Shown in pieces: positions 36,716 through 48,100 of a DNA stretch of 64,000 bases. This DNA is from Lingula anatina (taxonomy: Eukaryota; Animalia; Brachiopoda), in NCBI GenBank assembly GCA_051362555.1, contig CM120640.1, positions 33,189,967-33,253,966 of the forward strand. Reading direction: 5' to 3'. A program made the position numbers and the translations under genes. Under the pieces are notes generated by a model. The model was not told the origin of the DNA, ran no database searches, and saw nothing but the letters and a program-made list of their open reading frames with translations. Each line of letters starts with the position of its first letter. Within the stretch, counting starts at the first letter, position 1.

Positions 36716-39700
36716 ATGGGGTTAAAAGTGTTTGCAGTTTTGTTTGACAACCCTCAGGCTGTGTATCAGGCTGGTGCAACAATTACTGGCCATGTGCTTT
36801 TAGACATTGATGAGGAACTAAAAACAAGAGGTAAAATATTAGTCATATTTTATGTTTTGTTATATAGTGAAAATGGTTACATATACTTGTTTTGGTTTTA
36901 CCAATAGCTGCACAATATACAAGTAGTTGTTAAAGCTAATGTACATTCTCAAGTGTGTGAGATGACACACATAACACACACATAACACACAGGTAAACAT
37001 CTTAATCAGTTTTATGAACAGATGTGTGTAAGAATCCAAGTTGAAGAAGTCAAAACACATTGAACTTTCATCTTCTTTGAAGTATGGAAAATGTATAAAT
37101 TATTTATTTCTAATAGTTGGCTTTACACTTGTCTCTGTTTTTACTAAGGATACTTAATGTTTTGCAGGAGTTAGAATAAAGTTTGAAGGAAGAGCTTATG
37201 TCCATTGGACTGAAACGAGAACTGAGAGCTATACTGATGGCAGTGGCAATAGGCGGACTCGGACATACACTGTACACTATTCTTCACATCAGAAATATTT
37301 TGAAACTAAAGTTATTTTGTATGGACACTGTGAGTATTGTTACTAAATGAAGAAAATGTAAAGTAATAATCATGCTTTCATTGCAATTAAAATTTAGTTA
37401 AGGATTCTTTCTCCTAATTATAATTAAGTTTACTCTCCAGATTTAGATGGAAATGAATTACTTAAATCACACCCATGCAGCTCTTCAAAAATACTTTTAA
37501 ATATCACCCATATGACCTACAGCATGTTAATTCTAATTAAGTTATAATATTTTTACAATAGGATACCTTTTATTTTCACTTACTAGTACATGCAGTAATT
37601 TTGCTAGAAGACGGAATTAAGCTTAAATGGACATGAATAATCCGGCCTATTCAATATTATTTTTGGGATAAAGAGAAAACTCACAACATGCTTATATGAA
37701 CAATCTTTGTTGTCAAGTTTATTTATTTTAATAAATATTTTAAAAAAGACAATTAATCAATCACTTAAAATTTTGCATTGAATCAAACTTGATATTGAGT
37801 AGTACTTTCATAATAATGTGATATCTTTATTTTAAAGCTCAGTCCAATGAGGCATTCTACCTTCCCCCGGGCACAAAAACATACCCATTCAGGTTTGATC
37901 TACCCCCATATCTACCTACATCATTTGAAGGGGAGTTCGGAAATATTCGCTACATAGCCAGAGCCACCATAGACCGACCATGGTGGTTTGATTATCACAC
38001 CAAGAGGGGTGTGAATATTCTTAGTGTAAAAGATCTGAACACAAAGCCTCACTTGATGGTATGTTGATGAATCGCATCAGAAAATGATAGTAAACAGTTT
38101 TTAAACGTTATCATCCTTTCAGTTATGATGATAATTTTTCTTCTTAAAATGAATTTTAATGTACAATTTTTCTGTGTTAGAATCTTCTATTCTTTAACAC
38201 TATTATATAGGCCACGCTCACAATTCGTAACTAGTCCTCTGATCAAATATGGCTAACCCCACTTGAAAGCAATGCTGAATAATCTCCTTATGGTCTCCCT
38301 GCCTATCACATGCGACATTCCTGCAGGGGTCTTGCAATTAAAGCTAAATTAAAATGGCTCTGAGATTTAATTGCTAGGCCCCTGCAGGGATGGAGTGTGT
38401 GTGAGGTGGGGAGTCCATTAGGGGATTAGGCTGCATTGCTTTTAAGTGGGTCAGCCATATTTGTTCCTCAGATCTGTTAGTCCGTGGATTGACTTGATCT
38501 GAAACTGCCATAGTTACAATGATACTTGTATAAATATATTGTATCTTTTAGACACCCATGGGAGTAGCTGATTCTAAGACTCTGTGCTGTCTTTGTTGTG
38601 CCTCGGGTCCAATTGAGGCCAAGATGTCTCTGTCAAGAACTGGATTTGTACCAGGAGAGAGCATCCCATTTCGCATTGAGATCACCAATAAAAGTAACTC
38701 TGACTTGACTGCTGTAAACGTTGAATTAAACCAGGTAAGTGGGCTGGTAAATTGTGCAATCTATGTAAAAATTCTTGCTTTGGTTTCCTTGAAAACTTTG
38801 TATTTTATTTATTTATCTTTATTTTTATTTTATGTGTTTATTTATTTTTTATTTTATTTGTTTTGTTTTTTTTTTTTTTTTTGTTTTTTTTTTTTTTGAC
38901 AGTAATCTTTGTATGTATGTCTTTTTAGCATGTTTCCTTTTATGCGGAAGGATCAAGCAGACATTCCATGCGCAATGTTGCAAGCATGTCTCTTGGATCT
39001 ATAGCTGCTACCAAAAGTGAAGAGTTTGACAATGTATGGCTAAGAATTCCTCCGGTCCCACCAACAGAAACAGAGCTGTGCAGAATCATACAAATAACAT
39101 ATCAGCTCAAGGTACCTTTTTAGAATTCAAAATCATATTTATCATGTCATAAAAAATTTTAAAGGTCCATATATCAACTATATCCAGCATGGCATTTCAG
39201 AAAAGTATTTTCATTTGCACTGAGAGACGTTCATAATCAGCACCCACAACAGAAATATAATTGAAGTATTTTAACAAACATGACAAATAACAATGTTTTT
39301 AATTTGATAATTAATTTTGAAAAATCTTGGTCAGATTTAGGTGTTCTGAAAATATTGAAACTGATCCATTAGAATGAATGAAAGTGTAAATGCTGTATAT
39401 AATATTATGTTTTTACAGCTTATAGTTACTCCATCTGGTCCATCATTTAGTCTGAAAGTTCCACTTTCTGTCACTATTGGTACTATTCCTCTGCGAATGT
39501 CATCAGCCGACTATACGTATGGCACCTTTCAGTCAAGTAGTAAACCAACTGCTCCATTGCTGGACCAGGCTGCAGCAAGTGCCCCACCTGTGGAGGATTA
39601 TCCTAACCAGGGTGAGATTAATTTCTGTTCAGCCTCTGCTTGCATTGCCACCTAAGCAACATTTCCATCAGGTCTCCATGGATCAACCCAACTTCACTGG

Positions 39701-40540
39701 GACTCTTAATTCCTGAATGCAATCAGTTTAACATATTACTAAACGTGCCTCTTCGATCATGGTGTAAAGTAGAATATAAAGCTGGTGATTATATGAGTAC
39801 ATTAAATTGAAACCAAGAGGAAACATGTCATTCATTTAAGCTGATTGCACTCAATGAGAGGCCCCGCAGAGTTGGGTCAATCCAAGTAGACTTAATGGTG
39901 TCTATGGGGATGGGGTAACACACATGGAGTGATGATGTATCAACACCAGGGCAGGCATCAAAGCCAAAATGAAAGTTTTTTACTCAAATTAGGGTCAATC
40001 CAAGGAGACTTATGGTGTCTATGGAAATGGGGTAACACACATGGAGTGATGAAAGATCAACACTAGGGCAGGCATCAAAGCCAAAATGAAAGTTTTTTAC
40101 TCAAATTATTATAAAATCATGTGTTAGAGAAAGCAAAAAGAAAAGGATTTCTTGTAGCTGCCCACTAAACACACACAAGGGCTTAGCTAATCCCAGCGAA
40201 TTTCATGCTAATGCAGTTATTTTTTATTACAACAATACATCTTAATTATCAACAAATTTGTCCTGAGTCAGCATAGTTTATATATGTCCTGAGGTTTTTT
40301 TTTTTTTTGTTGTTGTTGATTATTGTACATAATTTTCAGTATCATTTTGTCAAATATCTGTTTTATTTGAATGCATTAATTTTTTTTTCATTTCATTTTT
40401 TAGCACCTCCATCTTATGCTGAATGTGTATTTGGCAAAGTAAATATCAGGGATGATGAAGACAATGAACACACAACTGGAGATGTGGAGTTTACTCCTGT
40501 GTATACCTATTATGCTAACATGAAGACCAATCCAAGCTAA
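36716..40540 (+). CDS. Arrestin domain-containing protein (alpha-arrestin), copy B (exons 36716-36830, 37168-37329, 37838-38058, 38552-38734, 38929-39111, 39419-39611, 40404-40540)
   Basis: VYQAGATITGHV, EGRAYVHWTE, YPFRFDLPPYLPTSFEGEFGNIRY, IDRPWWFD, KTLCCLCCASGPI, GFVPGESI, PLSVTIGTIP and APPSY. Intron phases match copy A. Confidence 0.93.
38210..38509. mobile_element. Fold-back MITE (Harbinger-like)
   Basis: GGC...GCC ends with ATA on both flanks; long imperfect arms (CAAATATGGCTAACCCCACTTGAAAGCAATGC / GCATTGCTTTTAAGTGGGTCAGCCATATTTG; CCTGCAGGGG / CCCCTGCAGG). Confidence 0.7.
39656..39916 (+). mobile_element. Degenerate Harbinger-like MITE related to 52548-52794
   Basis: Shares the right end ATGGTGTCTATGGGxATGGGGT and internal blocks with the 52.5-kb copy; TAA flanks. 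Confidence 0.65.
39874..40108. repeat. ~118-bp direct tandem duplication
   Basis: GGGTCAATCCAAG...TTTTTTACTCAAATTA occurs at 39874 and again at 39992 with a few substitutions. Confidence 0.9.
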
Positions 40541-41646
40541 CTACTTGATCAAACTAGTTATTGCAAATCATTATATACTGGTATTCTATAGTCATGCCAG
40601 TGCAAGCTGGTGCCAATTAAGTGCAATACACAAATAGATAAAGAATTAAGTTTGAAAAAAACTTTTTTCAAGAATTTTAGTAAATATTATAAAGATGTGA
40701 TGCCAGATCAAACTTAATGATAATATCTATATATATATATATATATATAGGTAATTGCTATTTCAATCATCACTGAATCATTCACAACTCTTGTGACTGT
40801 ACTATTAGAAACAACTGTAAGTTGAGGCAATAAAACCACATTGTCTGAAATTACCCCAGGGAATACCTATTATCCCCCCATCCCAAGTAGGGTTGGTATT
40901 CTTCAGTTCTTGTCAGCCTGTGGGTTGCTGGCCTGAATGCTGCAGCATTTTAAATGCAGTGACTAAGGGATTTCATAATTGTACTTTAAGCTATATAGTT
41001 TTGTCTGTAAGAAGTTGTTATACGTGAAGCAGTTTCTGTTTTACTGTACTGATCGAGATCACATTGAACTTCAAGCTCATGCATTAAACTTGACAAGATA
41101 TTAAGAAATAATTGTAAACACTGTAAGAAATTATTAAATAGATAGAAACATAATTCATATATCTGCAGTACTGTCAACAATCACTATGTGGTTGTATCTT
41201 GAACAGATTTTAAATTATTGCCAGGGGTATCATAATTGTGTCATGTCATTTCATTGTGATGTGGGCCATGGAGATATTCACTTTTATAAGTCTTATGAAT
41301 TTTACCTCAAACTTTCAGTTTTTAAAACACAGGATCAATATGTGTAGGCCTCAGTCTGCTGATAGTGTTGGTTTGCAGCATTGTTATCTGTCAATGAGGC
41401 ATTATTTATTTTACAGTAGTTTTCATAGATTTATTTAAAGATTAACTCCTCTCAATGTATAATTTGCTGCTAATAAGATTTACTTACGTATCTCAAACAT
41501 TCTTCAGAGAGTGGATGTCGTTAGTCTGCTGTTGAGTATGAAATTGATTAAAGAATTTTTTTTTTTGACTAACATTTTTATTATTTTGTTATAAGAGATT
41601 GTTGCCTTCTTTACTTTGAACTATTAAGATGTTGCACTGGCATTGT

Positions 41647-42418
41647 GGGGTCCGCCATATAGATAAACGTCCCAATAAAATATTCGCCCCGATAGATACG
41701 TCTCTATACATACACGTCTCAATAGATTTACGTCTCGTTAAATTTACGTTCCGATAGATCCACCAACAGATTCCTATAAACCCACGTATCTTTAGATCCA
41801 GGTACCGCTAGATCCATCTATCTGACATCGTAATCGGCTAAAAGGCCCATATCAACTTGCGTTGTGAAATTTAGAACACATTTTTATGTTCTTTTTTGTT
41901 TTGTTTTGTTTAGAACACATTTACATGTAAATTCAGAACACTTTTTACATGTTCGAATGTTACATTTTGAGAACACTTTAAACAGTGTTCTGACGCTAGA
42001 ACAGTAATTAAGCGTTGTGAAATATAGAACACACTTTTGTTCTTTTTATGTTCTTTCACTGAGTATTGTGTGAAAACGATCTAGTAGAATAATATATTGC
42101 TGACTGCGTACTGCCGTTTTAAAGAAGTGCATTTTATGTACTGAGTAGTATACCAACCATTTCGAGCAATAGTGTACCTCTATCGGTATTTGGATCTAAA
42201 AATACGTGGATCTATAGGTATGCGGATTTAAAGGACGTGGGTTTATGAGGACGTCATATCTATAGGAACGCAAATATATAGGACAGCAGAAAAAAATCGG
42301 ATCTATCGGTATTTAAATCTAAAAAGACGTTTTTTCCGTTTTTCCTTTATGTATCTATCGGTAACGGGAGTATAGGGACGTGTAATATTTTGGGACTAAA
42401 TTTTATCCGTACGTACCC
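41647..42418. mobile_element. Non-autonomous DNA transposon with 8-bp TSD and arrays of subterminal repeats (Mutator/Foldback- or Merlin-like)
   Basis: GGCATTGT is duplicated at 41639-41646 and 42419-42426. Ends are GGG/CCC. Tandem ~15-16-bp units (ACGTxxxxATAGAT) on the left are mirrored as ATCTATxxxxACGT on the right. Confidence 0.75.
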
Positions 42419-42777
42419 GGCATTGTATGTGACATAATGTTGCATTGGCTTAGTGCACTAATTTGGGTGTTTAACCCTTTATATAAACCTATTTGAAGTG
42501 CAATGTTGAGGTTGATGTGTGCCCCAGCAGAAATATGCTAGCATGTATTTTGCTTCATTCATAACAAGTATAAAATAGAATGAAAAAGTTATTGATCATT
42601 TTTATAATTATTTATATTTATTTATTTACTGTTTAGAGACTAGAGATTCACCTGGAGATTTGAGACTTAGAGGTTACATTATTTCATTATTTCAAATTCA
42701 GACCTGGAAGAAAAGTTTTTGTTGTAAGCAAAAAAAAAACAAGTGATTGTATAATATTTATTACCATGTGGCAGCGT

Positions 42778-42778
<1 letters not shown>

Positions 42779-42831
<53 letters not shown>

Positions 42832-42880
42832 ATACAAGATAAATTTTATTAAAATTCAAAATTCACAAATTATATGACTC
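42779..42880 (-). mobile_element. Probable 3' end of a retroposed polyadenylated sequence
   Basis: On the minus strand, AATAAA (42850-42845) lies 17 nt before a pure 49-nt A tract (42827-42779). No clear TSD. Confidence 0.45.
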
Positions 42881-43252
42881 AGTGTTTTGAAAGGATTTTG
42901 GAGGTGCATTGTCTTAGGAAAATGCACCACAAGATAAACGGATCCATTTCTCCCTTTATAATGGTTAAAGTCTGAGTGAATAAACGTTGAATATAACTGG
43001 CAACTTCTTGGAAGTTTCCACTACATACATGTATTATGAGTTTCTGCATGATTGTGACAGGTGAGATTGAAGGAGTTGTCGTAAAAACATTTTTAAAAGG
43101 AGAGTTTTCTATATTGAGGCAACACGATTGATAAATAAAATTCTGTGCTTTCGATTTGGTTTTGATGTGAGTGTTAAATGGATTTTTGTCAGTGTGAGAT
43201 TTTATGTATTTGCCAAATTATGTATTACGACAGCCACAGACGTGAGTAATGA

Positions 43253-43277
43253 TCACGTGATGTTTCAAGATGGCGAC
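43253..43277 (+). promoter_or_regulatory. CLEAR-like E-box followed by a YY1/TISU-like start context
   Basis: TCACGTGA at 43253-43260; CAAGATGGCGAC at 43266-43277 includes the sorting nexin ATG. Confidence 0.45.
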
Positions 43278-45075
43278 TCGAGAACCACCCCCATTTGAAG
43301 ATCAAGAATATGAAGAAAACGAACAGGATAATGATGATTTGTTTTCTTCTCCACCAGAGGTAAGATAGAAAAATCTGTGCTTAGGCCATGTGAATACTTA
43401 TATGTGCATGTCTCTGCTGCAACAGTTCGAGACCTACCCCTAGTGTTTGGCACCTGCCGGTATTTGCGGATTTAGTCATGGGACTTTCTCGGTAGTAACT
43501 GATACACAAGTTAGTATTAGTTATGTATTACTTGAAGAGTTACAGAAATAATTATATCCAGGGAAGGTTTATTTTGCTTTTTTGTTTTAGTTTTTAAAAC
43601 AATTGAAAATTGTGTACTTAACACACAAACTTCGAAGACAATCTGCTATCCATGTACTGGTAGTTCCCTGTTCAATTTGCTAAACCCCCAGTATTACCAT
43701 ATGCACAATTCGTCAAAGGATGCAGTACTGGTCATTAGGGGAATGAGTTTTCAACAGCTAAGGGAAAACCTTTTTGTGTGGCCTTTTTGTGTAACCTTAA
43801 AATGCCTTTGTGCTAGATGGGTTGGTGCTTTTCCCACATGGCATACTGTACATACATGTGTATAACCAGGAAGATGAAATAACATTCTATTTCCAAATAG
43901 TTTTTATTATAAAAAATGGACTATATTCTAGATATTAAAATATAACAATTATTGTTAATCTTTTATGATATATATCACTGTCTTTACTTTTAGTACTGAT
44001 TTGATGGGTGCATTATAATGGACCTAGCTTATAAATATGATTTATGCACCATATATGTGTATTTTTGATTAAAATCTTTTTACCTCACACAGACAAAAGC
44101 CCCTGAACAGAAGGCTGTTATGGAAGAAGTGGATATGAATGATAGTAAAGATGATGATGATAAGGATGATCTTTTTGCAGGTAAATTATTTTGTTTGAAC
44201 CATTTATGCAGAATTTAAGTGCAACTTTTATAAGATCAGTTTTGTGCACTATGAATGGGGTTTTTAAGGTTCATCTCATTGTTTTCATTCTAATAAGGCA
44301 TATATTGTCTACCAAACCTTTTTATTTTTGTAAAATAGATAACAGTAAAAGACATGACTTGAAAAAAGAAATTTTAATGTTTCAAAATGGTAACAGATTA
44401 GCTTGCATTTCATATATGAAAATGAATATTGTTTAGTAACATTATATCCTTCATTGCCCAATTTTGAGATAAAAAAGTGATATGATCAAAATAATCACCG
44501 GTACATTACAGTTACATCTGTTAATTGCTTTTTTATACATATCATGTTCTGTTTTTCAGATGCTAACACAGAAGTCCCATTAAATGACAGTGCAGACAAG
44601 CCTGCAGAGGTTGTACCAGAGGAACAAAAAGAAGATCCAACACCAGAGGATGAAAAGAAAGACGATGATGAAGATGATAGTGATAAGGCACCAGCAACAA
44701 CAGAGGTGTCTGTGACCTCGGCTTCTGCTGCAGCACCCACCACAACTAAAACTACCACTACAGCATCTGCATCTGCAGGGAAATCAAAAGAAGAAGTAAG
44801 ATTTGTAGAAGATAATTTATTGTAAGATGTTTGTCTCTAGAGGTAGTACATTTAGTCAAACAATGATAGCATTAAGATAGAGTGAAAGTTATTATTGAAG
44901 TATGGTTTGTGGAAAAAAAAGGGGGAAATAGTCGTGATTGAAAGGAAAACAGCTGCTAGACAAGTTTTTTTTCAAGAAATGGATGGACATTTAAAAGAAA
45001 AAAGGATAGAGAAAACAAACTGGATTATCTACCAGTCTGTGTTCACATCCTGGGTAGGCTTAAAATATCCCATGT

Positions 45076-45107
<32 letters not shown>

Positions 45108-48100
45108 CAATTCTAGTTAATTGTGGTTCTCATAAAGGTCCTAATATTTTTCAGAATTTAACCACAGATTTTAAGACAATTTAGTTGATATTTTATAACC
45201 CATTGTCATTTAATATGTTTGCAAATTACTACCCTCCCCTGCCCAAAACAAAGCCTTAAGGGGTAATGAGGTTGACAGGTCTAGGTCACTGAATGTTCCC
45301 TTTTTTTTCTTTTACTAAACTGAGTAGATATAAACCTTTTGCATAAATATAAGTAAGGCTGTATTCTTAGAGCTTTTAGATCGATCTATCCCTGCGGGAG
45401 TCTCACTAGATTACTGTCAGATAATCTGGCTTAAATGTCCTACTACAAGCTGTAAGGGGGTAATTAACTTTGGTGACAGCTATTTAGTGTGAACTCCAGG
45501 GAGTTAGGTCGATCTAAAGTAGATCGATCTAATCTCTGGAAATGGGGTCTAAGTCATTATGTGTAGTGTGAAGGATGTCACAGATCACATGACAAAAATT
45601 GTGGTAAAACCAGTATGGACATCACAACTCATGACTGTCACAGAAATGCTGAGTTCAACCACAGAATCACAAGATGTTTTTTAAGGTCACAAGGCATCTT
45701 TGTCACATGAACCGCTATCTTCACTGTTCAGTTTCTTAGGGTCACACACACTGTGCAGTTATGGGATTTGTGAGTCATTTTGTAGATTTATTTTCTGGAA
45801 AGTGTGATAATATCTAGGTCAGATGAGTATATTGCTTGCTATTATGGTGATGATCACATGACACAGTGAAGAGACATGGAACAACCAGACTTGGAACGCT
45901 CTATTAAGATTGTGCCAATTGATTTTGCATATAGGTGCATGCGTTACAGAGATATAAAAAAGAAACTTTTGAAAGAAGTAAGTTTGTTTAAATACAGCAT
46001 TGATTTTAAGATGTTGAATGAGCATTATACCTTATGGGTTTTTTTCCTTTACACAAGTTCATATCATCCTGCTTTATAGGTAATTTCATATTTTTTCTCA
46101 TTTGCAAAGATAATTGAGGTCACAAATTACACCCAGTGCAGCAGGCACATTATACTCTAGGATATAAGAAAGGGTAGAAATTAAATCCCAGCAGAGCGTA
46201 TTAAGACATATTTTAGATTGTGGCAAGGTTGCAGGGCTTGACACTACCGTAACTTTTTGCAATCCTGGCCCGAGATAACAGTAAATATTGCAAGAATGAT
46301 TTGACACATGACATTTTACTTGCTCTTTGGGCTGGTGACCCCATCGATTCAATGGCCCTAGGTTGGTTTTCAGTTCCCCAGGGCCATTGGGCCACCTTTA
46401 ATGTCAAGCTTTGGGTTGATATTCTCAATATATAATACTGTTCCAGTTTGTGTTATTTATTACATGTAGCTTGTTCAGTGAGAATTTTAAAATCTACATG
46501 TAGCAACTTTGAAATAATTCACCTCATGTGACATTGGGTGTTGTATTGAATTACAAAACTGAGTATTATTCATAAGCTCTTAAAGCAGCTGTAGGTTAAG
46601 TCTTCATTTTGTCTGTCATCTGCTTAATATATGTGAGGTAGAGGTTGATAAAGAGAAAGGGAGGCAAACTACATGGTTATAACTACACGGTGAATGTATT
46701 TCCTGGGGGTGTATTTTCCTCTGAAGCCAGCATCATTTGTACAATATTTTGCTGTTAGCATCTTTGAATTGGATTAATGGACACAGCTTAGTCTTATTTA
46801 TGGCATGTGTTTTATCTAAGCTTGACTACAAAGAGATTTCTTGTCTAGAAAAAAGTGATAATATAAAATGAGGATCATATAAGGCTCCCAAAAATATAAT
46901 TAAATTATGAAAAATCTGTCACCTTTGGAATAAAAAAACTGTACGTGTAGCTGTTTTGATGTGGTACAGTATGATTATGTATTACTCATATATTTCCAGA
47001 AGGAGGAGGAGGAAGGAGGTGACAAGTTCAGTTTAGAGATCAGTGTTGGTAACCCACACAAGAAGGGAGATGGCATGAGTTCCTATATGGTGTATGATGT
47101 TAACACAAAGGTATATGATAGTAGAAACATTCACGTTGCAGTCTTCAGACTTCAAGAGCCTGCTGCTTTTGTAGTAATGTGATATTTTGCAAAAAGTTGC
47201 ATGTCAGTTGCTTTTATAGAGATATCTATATCTGTAATCTATAATTTGTTTTAGATTCAAAGTTCCTACTAGTTTTTACTTCGGGGGTACTTTAAATTGT
47301 GCTGTTTATTTGTTTGTTTGTTTGTTTGTTTATTTATCTCTCCTCACTCAAACTTGACAAAAGTATTAATAAAGGACAAACACAAGTCAGAATGATGTTT
47401 GAAATTTGACTGATTACAGCAACATTTATTGCAATGTCCCTCTGATAAGAAATATGATGTAAATTTAGTAGGCTAGTGAATAATGTTGAGTAATAACATT
47501 TAATAATGGTTAGGCCTGAAAAATAACATTAAAAAAATATATATATGATTTCCAAATAAATAGTGCACATATTTCAATATTTGGGGTTGCAAAGAGGCCA
47601 GTACACTATTTTTTTTCTAAATTGCATAGGTAAATGATTTTGATTTGTCAGTTGGTTGATTCACAAAAGATATAAATTTAATGAAATTGACTTTTGTTAT
47701 TTTCAGACAACCATTCCAGCTTTTCAAAAGTCTGATTTCTCAGTTACCAGACGTTTCAGTGATTTCCTTGGCCTCCATGATAAGTTGACAGAAAAACACC
47801 TGATGTTAGGACGCATTGTACCACCAGCTCCAGAGAAAAGTGTCATAGGTACTCTGACGTTTATATCCTGTAATTGATTTCTAATAATTTTTGTTCAGTT
47901 GAGGACATTTTTTCATATATGCTTTGTAATGCTTAGAGGACCATTCCCACATACATTTGGATCGATCTATCTCCCTGGGAAGTCTCACTAAATTGCTATC
48001 AATGTAACTGTCTCAAATGTCTGTCACACCTAGTAAAGCTGTTAAGGGGTAATTATCTTTACCTGCTAGCTGATTCGGTAGGCGTGACAGACATTTAAGC

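Noticed and set aside
39927-39990. GTGATGA as box C of an intronic snoRNA
   Set aside because: No box D (CTGA) or terminal stem at a suitable distance.
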